Shown here in pieces: positions 11,275-22,180 of a stretch of 64,000 nt of DNA. The DNA is taken from positions 2,016,001 to 2,080,000 of the forward strand of contig OZ244587.1 of NCBI GenBank assembly GCA_965218095.1, read 5' to 3'. The DNA comes from Candidatus Poribacteria bacterium (GTDB taxonomy: Bacteria; Poribacteria; WGA-4E; PCPOR2b). Numbering within the stretch: position 1 is the stretch's first letter; every line of letters begins with the position of its first letter. Under the pieces are notes generated by a model. It was given only the letters and a program-made list of their open reading frames with translations, was not told the origin of the DNA and searched no databases. The position numbers were made by a program, and so were the translations under genes.

Positions 11275-11345
11275 GGAGCCGAGTGGCTCTACCTTCACCA
11301 TCCACACGAATGCTGCGCCAGCCATCCGTTGGCGGCAAAAAAACG

Positions 11346-11386
11346 CAAAAAGCGCGGTGGGAAACCTTCCTGCCAGGCTTTTTTGT
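11346..11386. terminator. Putative intrinsic terminator
   Basis: AAAAAGC-GCGGTGGGAA..TTCCTGCCA-GGCTTTTTT imperfect hairpin after the VOC gene. Confidence 0.5.
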
Positions 11387-11759
11387 ACCCATTTTCCGTC
11401 AATCCTACAACTTTTTCAGTTATTAGAAGGGGAAATCAGGTATATCCCGCCTCCAACCATTCCTGTCAGATTGCCAATCCTGACCGAGTTAAGTGAAAAA
11501 CTCGTATCAATCCCCCTAATCGGGGCAGATGTTCCGCTCCCCACAAGAATATTTCCAGATTCAGGTCACCGTGGATGACAAATGAGGTGCTTGATCTCAA
11601 CAACGTTCGAGCGTATCCCGCGCGTGATTTCGATACGGGTTTCGATACACTTCGCTGCTCAACCCAAGTCGCTACTCAATTCAGTGCTCGTTCCGGTCAG
11701 TCATGAACGTTTACACGAAGGTTTTACTTTACATGCAACGAATGAAAAGAGAGAAACCC

Positions 11760-12254
11760 ATGAAACGATTGAACAAAGAAGTTGTCTTTTCCATTGTCTG
11801 GACCATTTTGTGGTTCCTTCACCCTCTATTACTCGTTCAGGGACTCGCTGCTGAACCTGAGCGGATTACCGTAGTAAACCTCAAACGCTTATTAGATGCC
11901 GGAGATGACGTGGTTCTGGTTGATGTTCGCAGTCAGCGCCAATACAATGCCGGACACCTCCCCGGAGCCATCTCGATGCCGTTTCCAGGTCAGATTCAAG
12001 CCAGACATCAAGAACTTCCCCCGGAGGGGCTGATTATTTTATACTGAAGCTGACAGGCGGAAGCCACAAGTGCCCGTGCGGCACGCATGTTAATGGAGGA
12101 ATTTGGTTTTCCCCCGGAGCGACTGAAAATGCTCAGAGGAGGTTTTCCCGCATGGAAGCAGGCGGGCCATCCGATTGAAAGTGCGGCGGCAGTTCACCCG
12201 AAAGGAAAACGCTTCACCCTGTGGGGTCGGATCAAATCTGGAAGTCGAATGTGA
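11760..12254 (+). CDS. Secreted rhodanese-like (seleno)protein with two in-frame UGA codons (Y-U-S-U)
   Basis: Signal peptide; LVDVRS..YNAGHLPGAIS; IILY-TGA(12045)-AGC-TGA(12051)-QAEATSARAARML..LRGGFPAWKQAGHPIE continues in frame to TGA 12252-12254. Confidence 0.85.
12056..12090 (+). promoter_or_regulatory. Candidate bacterial SECIS
   Basis: Hairpin GTGCC-CGTGC-GGCAC (12070-12084) starting 16 nt after the second UGA; small GGC-GGAA-GCC hairpin at 12056-12065. Confidence 0.55.
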
Positions 12255-12326
12255 CGGAATTTTGGGGATTCCACGATTCATTTCATTTTTGATAGCCGCA
12301 AAAGTGAGAAACTAGAACACCTAATT

Positions 12327-13435
12327 GAGGGGTGTGCATAGTAGTTCATTGGAAAACAGCCGCCATATGAGAGATATTGCGAGCAGGTAACTTCCATATG
12401 GCATTGGCAATCATAGCCACTTGCACTGATAACACCCCGATAGCTAAACAACAGCGTACATTGAAAAACCCCTTGACCGGTAACTGCTTCTGTTGAGGAG
12501 TGGTGCCTATCACTTTAGCAATCAAGTCAAACAACGGTTCAACCGAACTGCGACGTTTGCTTAAACAGAGACGCTGCTTGGGTTGGTTGATAAATCGATG
12601 ATACGCCTTGGCAAACCGTCCCTTTGTCCATCTAAGTGCCGGGGTAATCAAAGCGACTTGTGCCTTCGCCCAACAACGGATACGGTCTGCTTGGGTATAG
12701 GCATCATCGGCAGTGAGTGTCTGCGGTGAAAGTTGTGTCAGAATCTCAGACGCTTTAGCATCTATCGCCCAACTTTCGGAGACCGACGCACGGTGCACAG
12801 TTATCAGTGTTGGGAACGCACCTTGTGTGCAGATAATGTGAAGTCCGTAGCCATAGACCCAGCCATGATAACCACTCTTGCTCCACGTGGCATCGGTGTC
12901 GAGGTTGCGTAGATGTTTAGGTACTTTTCCTGCTTTGCGGTCAGTTTGATGCCAGACGGGTCCTCGTGCCTTAAATAAACTTTTGTCGGCTACCAGATGA
13001 GCCAAGTTGAATTGTTGGGACAAGTCAGTGGCATACTGACCGATAAACAATACAAATGCCTCTATCACTTCATATAATGCCTTATAGCGACGTGCAATCG
13101 TGGTTCGATGAGGGGGCTGTTGCCACCCCAGCATTTGTAACACTTCTGGGTGATTGATTAGCCACCGCCATTGCGTTTTGAAGCCATAGATGCCGTGAAA
13201 CTGCATCAACATGAAGAAAATGATAAACGAGGTGGTTGAATATGTCAATGGTTTTGCGTGTGTGACACCTGGTTTGTCAATACGGTGTTGCATAAACTGC
13301 TCAAAGAGTTGCATAATAAGAGTGACATAATCAGCCAACATTGGTCTTTGTACCATATTGGGGCTCCTTTTGCTATGATAACAATAGGAAACCCTTTTGG
13401 CTTGATTATGTCAACTATATTTATGCACACCCCTC
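12327..13435 (-). mobile_element. DDE insertion sequence (IS5/IS982-like) with apparently intact transposase at 12346-13356
   Basis: TIR GAGGGGTGTGCATA/TATGCACACCCCTC; 8-bp TSD ACCTAATT; ADKS..DATW..GYGLH..ADDAY..RSSVEPLF. Confidence 0.88.
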
Positions 13436-13587
13436 ACCTAATTGAGGGGTGGTCATAAATACGAAACATGGGGGGAAGGCGTCAATTAACGAAAAGCCAA
13501 ATCCAGTGATTGTGGGGGGCGACCATCTGCCTTTCCAAATTTCTGAGAAAGTTCAACGGTGAATAGGGAGGTGAAAGAGGAAACAAC

Positions 13588-13930
13588 GCATAGAATTTCA
13601 AGTATCCGACAAACATATTGAAGAATACCATATGCTGGGTTACACAATTTTCCGAAAGATTTTGCTGCCGTCATTGATTCGGGATCCGCGGCGAGTCAGC
13701 GACAGGGCTAAAGCAATTGCCCGCGCGAAAGGTGGTCCTCAAGTGCAGTGACTCCAGCCCGTCGCAAACAACGACCTCGATCAGCAGCCGTTCATTGAGT
13801 ACACCAAACTACCGACACTGGTTGATGCAATTGCCAAGGTGCTGACGCCACGTCATCGCTATGGAAATCGAGATGACTTTGGCATCCTTTTTGAGAATGC
13901 GGAGATGCCATATTGTACGCCATGGCACCT
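13588..13930 (+). pseudogene. PhyH-family dioxygenase N-terminal fragment
   Basis: EFQVSDKHIEEYHMLGYTIFRKIL..VQ*LQP..PYCTPWH; no start codon, internal stop, truncated. Confidence 0.55.
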
Positions 13931-14224
13931 GGTCCCCGAACGTCACCAATATCCTAGTTTTCATCGAGTGGATTCGTGAAACGGTGGGAGACAAAACTAT
14001 GGTGTTGCCCTTTACCGCCGGCGTCGAGTACGAACTGGAAATGCTGGCAAAGAAAGTGCTGTGGAAGTGGAATTGGTTCAATACGTGGACGGTACCGCCG
14101 TGGCAGGAGGGGTAGGGTAGAAATAAACGATCGCACACGCCGAGTAATTCCCGCAATAGTATTGACTAACTCATGTTATGAAGAGGTAATTGGATGGTTT
14201 GCGAATTGTTTTGGAATTTTTCTC

Positions 14225-14253
14225 TTGACTAATAAGTGATATTTTGATATAGT
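14225..14253 (+). promoter_or_regulatory. sigma70-like promoter upstream of the aquaporin gene
   Basis: TTGACT-17 nt-TATAGT. Confidence 0.6.
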
Positions 14254-14516
14254 AACCCTTACCATCTGTAGAAAAAATAGGCAAAACTGAGTTTTCACAT
14301 CGAAACGCCATTAGGTTTTGCCAAAAAAGGTCCTCGAGCACAGCGAAGGAGCGAAGTTTTTAGGCGTCGAGGGGACTCGATACAAAAAATTACGTCATCT
14401 CGAAATCTTGAATCGGGGACTTCTACTCGGGGATCAGTTTTTCTAATGATGGGGCGTAACTTAGGTTATTATAGTTAGCCACAAAACCACAATCAACTTA
14501 AACAAGGAAGGTTATT

Positions 14517-15164
14517 ATGAGCTCCAAACCTTTGATTGCCGAATTGATTGGCACCTTCGCGCTAATTTTCATCGGTGCCGGGGCGGCTGCCTTGGGCATC
14601 GGGGGAGTGGTTGGCGTTGCGTTAGCACACGGATTTGTCATCGTGGCTTTTGTCTACGCTTATGGTCATATATCAGGCACGCATATTAACCCGGCGGTGA
14701 CTTTCGGCTTGCTTATCGCTGGTGAAATAAAGATCACTGATGCAATTGGATACTGGATTGCTCAGTTGATTGGAGGCATCCTGGGGGGATTCGCACTGGT
14801 CTTTGTACTCGGGGGTAAAGCCGGTGGCTTGGGTGCAACGGTCTTAGCGGAGGGCATCTCTCCGGGTCAGGGCTTTGTTTTGGAGGCCCTCCTCACCTTT
14901 TTCTTAGTAAATACAATTCTCAATGCGGGTGTGAGCGGAAAGGCGGGTAACTTGGCTGGTGTTGCTATTGGCCTCACTTTAGCCCTGTCCCTCCTTCTAG
15001 CCCAACCGTTAACCGGCGGATCGCTCAACCCAGCGCGCACGTTAGGGCCCGCTATCGCTAGCGGTAACTACGCTGACATTTGGCTCTATTTTGTTGGTCC
15101 GTTATTAGGCGGTGCAATTGCCGCTTTACTCTACATTGGGGTGTTTAAGGAAAAGGAGGGGTAG
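14517..15164 (+). CDS. Aquaporin (MIP family)
   Basis: HISGTHINPAVT and GGSLNPAR motifs; 6 TM. Confidence 0.95.
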   Translation: MSSKPLIAELIGTFALIFIGAGAAALGIGGVVGVALAHGFVIVAFVYAYGHISGTHINPAVTFGLLIAGEIKITDAIGYWIAQLIGGILGGFALVFVLGGKAGGLGATVLAEGISPGQGFVLEALLTFFLVNTILNAGVSGKAGNLAGVAIGLTLALSLLLAQPLTGGSLNPARTLGPAIASGNYADIWLYFVGPLLGGAIAALLYIGVFKEKEG

Positions 15165-15253
15165 CCGGTTGTAGCGCCTGCTGCTAACTCCACGACACAG
15201 GCGTAAACTGAATTCTAGGTTCATCAACATTCTAACAGGCCAGCTCTGTTCAT

Positions 15254-15296
15254 ACAGGCCAGCTCTGTTCATAGCAGGGTGGGCCTGTTTTTTTTT
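15254..15296 (+). terminator. Intrinsic terminator
   Basis: ACAGGCCAGCTCTGTT-cat-AGCAGGGTGGGCCTGT followed by a T-run; 5' arm duplicated at 15235-15253. Confidence 0.75.
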
Positions 15297-15428
15297 AGGT
15301 AAAGTTACCTGAATCGGAAAAAATTGAAGGAGAGTGCAGAAGCGAAATAACTATTTCGTTGAATCGTATCGGCGCTCTTGTTAGTGTGCGAAACCGTGTG
15401 TAGGCGCAAAATTACTCGCTACGTCTCA

Positions 15429-17366
15429 TCAGATAAAGATCTTATAGGTTTGAATACCGAAGGTCATCCCGATGATTGTCCAGAGGCTGCCAATCACATA
15501 GTCACCGAGTATCAGTCCTAAAAACAGGGGAGTCACCCGCCGGTGCACCCGGAGCCCGCCGTACCGCAGAATCAAATACTTGAGCAGCCAAGTCACGAGG
15601 CAGACAGACCAAAAATAATCCATCGCATAGCTCGTCGCCAGCGCGTATCCAGCAGGGTGGAAGGGCCACCACAGGAAGCGCATCCGCATAAACATGATGA
15701 AGAAACTCACAACCGCGCCGCCTATCATGTAAGAAGTTCCAGCCCAGTCTGAATCCCATGGATTGAGTAACCAGCCTCGCAGCAGTCCAAAAGACCGCCA
15801 GCCCATCCAATATTGCGTCCTCCTCGCCTGAGTGACGACGCCATCCCGAAAAGTCATGTCCAAGTTTGCCCAAAACGCAGCTAAAATTCCCACAACAGCG
15901 GCAATCAGCATAGCGACCAGGAAACCGCGATAGTTCATTCCGGTCACGTTGGCCATTTTGAACGCCTCAATCTGGTTTGGCATCGGGTGACTCCGATAGC
16001 CTCGATTGAACCAGGCGAACAACGCAATAATCGTTAAGCTCGCCGGATCGAACCGCCGCGTCCCACCTACTGTTGTCATGATGAGTTGAGGGCTGACGAA
16101 AAGGATCTCATGGGGCGTGCCGACCTCTACTCGAACACGGGTAATCGCAACGGCAAGTATGAAATAAAGCCCGAAGAAGCACCCCGCGACCCAGACCGCC
16201 ATCCCAGCGGCAGATGCGAACACCCCAAGACAGATTATCGACCCGAGAATACCCAGCGCTGCCCATCGATAAGGCATCGGTTCGTCGGAATCGTCCAGCG
16301 TTGACTCAAGTCCAACAATCTTTTCACCGACTTCCATCAGATGGCGACGCGTCATCCATACCGCCGTGCAGAAAATTGCAATCCACGCGCCATAAGACTG
16401 CTCGTTGAGCTGAGGGAAGTGCCATGCGCCCGTTGCGGCACCAATGACCCGTTCGACCATACGGATAGCGAAGAAGAACCAGCATGAGAGCAAGAGTTCG
16501 ATCGGGAGGAAGAATACCAATCCAATCACGAATGGATACAGATAGACCCGTATCCAGGCTATCACTGTCCACGGGCGTTCTGAGAAGATGCTGGGCCAGA
16601 TCGGCGTCGCCTTGATGTACGGAATTTCGGGAAAGAGTGGATAGAGAAAGTGGATACCATTAATCAAACCGATAGTTGTGGCAATACCGAACCCTATCCA
16701 CATCATTCGATTCTTCAGGAACTTGGCACCGCTATTTTCAGAGAGCCCAAGCCGCAACTGAATCACCGGATAGGCCAGCTTCTCTTCCTCCGCCCATCGT
16801 TTCCGGACGATTGTGTTGATACAGAACATCATGAACATCAACACGAGAAAGAACAATCCCCAGAATGCGAGTGGTTTTGCCCAGATGTAGAAGTGGTATA
16901 GGGTATAAAAGGTCGACTCCCCTTTGTAGAAATCTCGGAAATTTTTTTTATCGGATACCATCAGCCAATCTGGAAGGTAACGGAAAAACAGATCTTCCCA
17001 CTCATTCTCTATCGTTGCAAACCAGAAAGGGTGACCAATGCTTCCGAACAGATTTTGCATAGAGTCCCACCCGGCTACGGTGGAGGAAACCGCCGTCATC
17101 ATGTATATAATCAGGAGTTCCACCTGCGTCAAAACAACGTTTGGGCCGAGACGCTTCAATACTCGATTGAGCAGGACAAGGGCGAAAAGGGGAAGAGATG
17201 AGCCATCAAGGGAATTGTACTTGACCTCGACGATTGTCAGCCAGTAAACATTGACAGGAATCAACAAGGTCCCGATAAGTAGGGCTCTCCATGTGACTTG
17301 AGTTGGAGAATGTTGACTTTCAGATATCTGCGCCAATTCGACGATCCCCTTTGTAGAAATTTCCAC
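15429..17366 (-). CDS. DUF6785/DUF6784 (OPT-like) membrane protein
   Basis: TWRALLIG, RWAEEEKLAYP, WWPFHPAGY, LFLGLILGD; many TM segments. Confidence 0.8.
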   Translation of the reverse strand: MEISTKGIVELAQISESQHSPTQVTWRALLIGTLLIPVNVYWLTIVEVKYNSLDGSSLPLFALVLLNRVLKRLGPNVVLTQVELLIIYMMTAVSSTVAGWDSMQNLFGSIGHPFWFATIENEWEDLFFRYLPDWLMVSDKKNFRDFYKGESTFYTLYHFYIWAKPLAFWGLFFLVLMFMMFCINTIVRKRWAEEEKLAYPVIQLRLGLSENSGAKFLKNRMMWIGFGIATTIGLINGIHFLYPLFPEIPYIKATPIWPSIFSERPWTVIAWIRVYLYPFVIGLVFFLPIELLLSCWFFFAIRMVERVIGAATGAWHFPQLNEQSYGAWIAIFCTAVWMTRRHLMEVGEKIVGLESTLDDSDEPMPYRWAALGILGSIICLGVFASAAGMAVWVAGCFFGLYFILAVAITRVRVEVGTPHEILFVSPQLIMTTVGGTRRFDPASLTIIALFAWFNRGYRSHPMPNQIEAFKMANVTGMNYRGFLVAMLIAAVVGILAAFWANLDMTFRDGVVTQARRTQYWMGWRSFGLLRGWLLNPWDSDWAGTSYMIGGAVVSFFIMFMRMRFLWWPFHPAGYALATSYAMDYFWSVCLVTWLLKYLILRYGGLRVHRRVTPLFLGLILGDYVIGSLWTIIGMTFGIQTYKIFI

Positions 17367-17486
17367 AGCGTTGAGGAAGGAAAGGAAGGAAATAGAGGTT
17401 TTCTTCCTTTCCTTCCCTTTCTTCCTGTTTTTAAGCTGATTGAATATCGCATTTTGTTGTGGTTTGAAAGTGTTATATCCCGTTCA

Positions 17487-20128
17487 TCACCACATAATCC
17501 GATATCCAGGTTTTCCCGCCAAAAAATCAACTATCAGCCATAGCCCACCTGTGAGAAATTCACCCAATACCAAGCCGAGGAAGAATGGTCCGCATCGCCG
17601 GTATAGCCCAATCCCAGCGAACCGCAAGACAACCCACTTGCAGAGCCACCCGATTAACACCGAACACCACATCAGAATCATGGGCCAACTTGGGACCATC
17701 ACAAACCCGATTGGATGCAATGCCCACCAGAGAAAGCGGGTGCGCAAGGCTGCCAGCGAAACGGTGACAATCGCACCGATGCCCATCATCAAGATATTAT
17801 ACTGGTTGGGGTCTTGGGGGTCGAGAAGCATTGACATGAAGCGGCGGAAAGCCCGGTGTGGGGCACCGAAGAAGAACCAACCACCAAGATTTGTCCCACC
17901 ATAGCGATAGATGATGTAGAGCACCACGATCGATGACAGCACCATTGAGAGCACGACGCACACCCCAACGGGAATCAAGAAGTACCGTTGACTTAGGCGC
18001 TTATTATCTACCAATTTGAACGCATCCATCACGCTCGGCATCATTGATGAACGCACGTCGAACATAAAGACCATCTCCTGATACGCAAGGATTGTGAGAC
18101 TTGCGGCACCTAGCGGGCGTGTGCCGGTAAACGGCCTGATGAGATCGGTGGGACGGAACGTCGATTGAATGAATAGCATGCCCCCTTCATAGACCAATCG
18201 CGTCATCACAATCATAATGATCAGAAACAGGCAGATTACGGTGAGGCTGACGATAAAGGATACGCCAGCAATCACGCTCCACGCAGTCATGATACCGATG
18301 CCGATCAGCAGACCAAGCCATGCTGCTCGTGGCGACATTGGCTCATTTGTTGTTGCGGTTGGCGATATAGCGGCGGTATCCGATGGGCTCGAGGCTTGCC
18401 CCCCGGCTGGCTGGAACGCGAGGCGGATCATGTCCGTGAGATGACGCCTTGCTCGCCAAAGGATGACGAGGGCGAAGAACAGAAACCCACCAGCCATTTG
18501 ATAAGCCGCAAACTCGTGGGTGACATAGATCCGTTGCCCCAATGGCAAACCGAATTGCGTCATTACGACCGCTTCCGCATGATACAACAGATAGAAGAAC
18601 CAGAGGCTAAAGGCAAGATCTGTTGGCAGTAGGTAGACAAAGCCAATCGCGCTGAAGTAGATAATCGCCGGGAGCGGACGAACGACGTGCCACGGCTTCT
18701 CCGTGAGATACTGCGAGAGACCATGGGACAGCGAGATTCGGGGAAAGATTGGGAAGTGGAAGTGAAGCCCGTTCCAGCTATGAATAAGGGCCGGCAAAGC
18801 GATGCCAATCCATACCGCGCGCGATCGAAAAAATGCCGGAATCACACGGTTTTGGTTTTCTGCGCCAAGCATTTCGATTGGCAACTGGACAAGCGGGAAA
18901 CCGAGTTGTTCACGTTCGATCCATTGGCGGCGGAGCAGGACACATACGCAGGTCATAGCAAGAAATAGCCCAAGTGCAAAAACACTCCATGCCGCTATTG
19001 GTTTTATCCAAAACTCCCAAGGTACCCAGAAGGTTTGGGATGGCGTGCCTTCAAAAAAAAGCCGTGCTGCCTTCGCGTCCATTGGTGCAAACCAGTCCGG
19101 GATATGATGAAAAAAGGTGGTGCTCCACTCATTTTCGGGGGACTGATAGTAGGTGGGCGCGACGATAATTGGAATGAGGTAGGCGGCAAAACCCAGCGAC
19201 GAAATGCCTGCACTTACCAGCGTCATCGCGTAGATAGTGACCAACTCAGCCTAGCTGAGGGGCACCCCGATGCGGTGCAGGAGCGGGTTTACTACTAGGT
19301 TCTGTTGACATTTCAAGGGAGCCATATAAGAGTGGAGACAAAGCTGAGAAATCCAAAATAACGGACAGCTAGTTTCTCAAACCGAGAGAAGATACGACGA
19401 TACCATTTTATCTTGTTGATGAAACATTCAACCCGATGTCTCTCTTTGTATAAGTGTTTGTCATACGTTCTTTGGCCAACACGATGACTTTTTGGCGGTA
19501 TCACCGCAATCGCTCCCTTCGCCTCAATAACGGCGATAAAAGCGTCCGAATCGTACCCCTTGTCTCCAATCACATATTCACTGTTATATCCGATTATCAA
19601 CCCTTCCGCCCCAGTTATGTCATGTCTCTGACCGGGGGTCAGATGAATTCTTAGGGGATTGCCTAGTCCGTCAACTGTGATGTGATTTTTTGTACTGAAA
19701 CCGCCCCGAGACCGACCTAATGCTTGGTTTTCAGTGCCACCCTTTTTTTTAAGGCGCCAGCTTTTTAAGGCGCCCGCCGCACACGGGTGAGCGCGGCAGA
19801 TGGTACTGTCCACAATAAGCGACTCGATATCGGGGTCAGAGGCAAAGTGGTGGTGCATCTGTGTGAAGATACCTTTAAGAAGAAACCGGTATATCTTATT
19901 CCATTGTTCATCAGGTAAGGTTATTGGCGTCATTCTTCTATTATGCCACAACCTTATACTCAAATGTCAACAGAACCTAGTTGGAGAAATACGAAGACCA
20001 TCAGGACACCAACCGGCAGGTTGGCAGGAAGTGAGCCATGTACCTCGAATCCAGAAATCACCGATTGGCGTGACAATGGCAAGAATTATCGTTGCGAAAA
20101 GCCCTATAAATGTGCTACGTGTGGTCAT
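17487..20128 (-). pseudogene. DUF6785/DUF6784 paralog interrupted by IS5 copy 2
   Basis: Main part 17487-19244 (RRQWIEREQLGFPL, WWALHPIGF); N-terminus MTTRSTFIGL.. at 20128-19978 beyond the IS; extra TAG near 19252. Confidence 0.8.
19298..19977 (-). mobile_element. IS5-family element, copy 2, internally deleted
   Basis: Same TIRs, inserted at CTAG; transposase jumps from YRFLL to KGIFTQ. Confidence 0.92.
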
Positions 20129-20420
20129 AATCGGCTTATGGACTTATGCCAGGACAGAAGAAGAAGAAGGGCACTTAATGCGTAAAACGTAACAGTGAAT
20201 CCGTGAATCTGCGAAGCCGAAATCTGTTAATTCAGGCACGACGCATTGGGCGGATCTATGGTATCACACATTCGGAAAAGTGTCGATCAAGAAAGTAGCG
20301 GCCTGGTAGATGTCACCTCTGCTTGATTGCACCGTGTCAATTTGCGTTCAAATTCGTTGCTGAGCCCCGATCTTCGATCGGGGTTTCTCATGGGGAATTT
20401 CCAAGGAATAGGCATTTTTG

Positions 20421-20449
20421 TTGAATTAAGATTCAAGCGTTGGTATAAT
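20421..20449 (+). promoter_or_regulatory. sigma70-like promoter
   Basis: TTGAAT-17 nt-TATAAT with a TG extended -10. Confidence 0.6.
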
Positions 20450-20519
20450 ATCAGACGAAATTACAAGCCCAAATCGGTATCAAGAATATCTAACTTCAAC
20501 CAGGAAAGGTTAATCCGCA

Positions 20520-21215
20520 ATGAACCAGACACTATCACCGCAATTAACCGACGCGTTGCGACAGTTTGATAGCGCAACAGTCGCCAATGCGATTGAACAC
20601 TTTGAGGTGCGCGACCCGACCACGGGCTACGCCAACAATGAATTGATCTGCCAAATGCCTGAAATCGTCGCACCGATGGTCGCCTACGCCATCACGGTGA
20701 CCGCCGATACCACCACGCCCGGCGATACCAGAACGTCGCGCGTCGATGATCTGGTGGAGGCGATTGATGCCGCGCCTAAGCCGTCGGTACTCGTCGTCCA
20801 ACACGTCGGGCACGACCGCAAACGGTGCTGCCTGTTCGGTGACATGTTCTGCACAGTCGCGCAAAAGCTGGGCTGCGTGGGATTTGTCACCGACGCCAAT
20901 GGGCGTGACCGAAGTGCCATCCGTCAACGCACGCCAGATTTTCATGTTTTTTCGACCGGGTGGGTCGTCTCACACGGTTACGGCACGTACCTCGACTTCG
21001 ACGTTACGGTGTCAATCTGTGGCTTGACCATTTCACCAAGCGATCTGCTCCACGGAGATGAAAGCGGTCTGGTCTCCGTCCCAATCGACATCGCCGCGGA
21101 TGTGGTGATGCGGGCAGAGGCGGTTGGCGAGGAGGAGGCGGAATATTTCGACTTCTTGGAAAGCAATCGTTTCAGCATGGAAGAACTGAAGCGCCGCATC
21201 ATCCCTCATGAGTAG
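20520..21215 (+). CDS. RraA/HMG-aldolase family protein
   Basis: DSATVANAIE, FGDMFC..GFVTD..RD, DLLHGDESG. Confidence 0.85.
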   Translation: MNQTLSPQLTDALRQFDSATVANAIEHFEVRDPTTGYANNELICQMPEIVAPMVAYAITVTADTTTPGDTRTSRVDDLVEAIDAAPKPSVLVVQHVGHDRKRCCLFGDMFCTVAQKLGCVGFVTDANGRDRSAIRQRTPDFHVFSTGWVVSHGYGTYLDFDVTVSICGLTISPSDLLHGDESGLVSVPIDIAADVVMRAEAVGEEEAEYFDFLESNRFSMEELKRRIIPHE

Positions 21216-21228
21216 GTTTCTTATATTA

Positions 21229-22152
21229 ACCCAAGTTGCGACCTATTCATCGAATATGTGAGTGAACTCAGAGCTGATTGATACTGCTAGCCAATACAAA
21301 CAAGACCACTTTCAATTCAAATCCGTGTTGCGTTACTGCATGGATTGAACGTGGAAGCAGTTTGTTAATCAAACTGCCAGCCGTCTCAACAGACTTACGA
21401 TGGTAATTAGCCAAGTAGGTCTCCCATGGTGGATACAGCCGCTTGGAATTCTTCTTGCGTACTGGCTTTAATTCGACTCCGACTGATGTAACAATATCTT
21501 CTATCTCATAATTATTGTATGCTTTGTCACCATAGCCCGGTGGCAAGTCGAAGTCAAACCACTGTAACCCTTCAACGTCCCCTGTACTGGCTGGGGTCAC
21601 AAAAAATTCAACAGGGTGTCGACTCGCAGTCACTAGCAGATGAACTTTCAAGCCATAGAAATACCGACGTTTGGACGCTTGATAGCCTCGATATGCCTTA
21701 TCGGTGTAGATTTTTGACCGACGAATGCGGAACAAACAGCAATTGGTATGGTATCCAGTGCATAGATTTTCTGTTGATTAAGTTGCACATAGCTTCGTCC
21801 CAAGATTTTGAACAATGTGGTGAACATCGGTTTAATTCGATGAAGTCGTCGGTTGAATCGACTTTTTGAAAGCATCTTGGGTATATAGCCATGAGTCTTT
21901 AGAAAGTCACAAGTGGTTTGCAAGTTTGCCCCGAAGAACAACGCAGCGACGATGCCGGTGGTCATCACTTCGGCATCAGACATCTGCGTTTGTGGGTGTG
22001 GTTTTGAGTTGAGTGCTTCTAAGAGCTTGTCACAGAGATAGAAAATGGTTGCAATTTGGATGTCCATGGGTTTCTCCTTTGAGGTATTATGGTTTGGATT
22101 ACCTCTACTTTAACGGAAAACCCATGGATTTTCAATTACTAGCAACTTGGGT
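21229..22152 (-). mobile_element. IS982-family element with frameshifted transposase (21268-22067)
   Basis: TIR ACCCAAGTTGC/GCAACTTGGGT; 7-bp TSD TATATTA; MSDAEVMT, SKSRFNRR, YFYGLKVH, GDKAY. Confidence 0.92.
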
Positions 22153-22180
22153 TATATTAGGAGTACACTGGAGGTGCTGC

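Noticed and set aside
13740-13760. TGA in the PhyH fragment as selenocysteine
   Set aside because: Context VQ*LQP fits CGA>TGA; the gene lacks a start and is truncated.
14278-14380. c-di-GMP-I or c-di-AMP riboswitch before the aquaporin gene
   Set aside because: GGCAAAAC is present, but the GNRA/GACGCAAAGC elements and the ydaO consensus are not; kept only as an unnamed structured leader.
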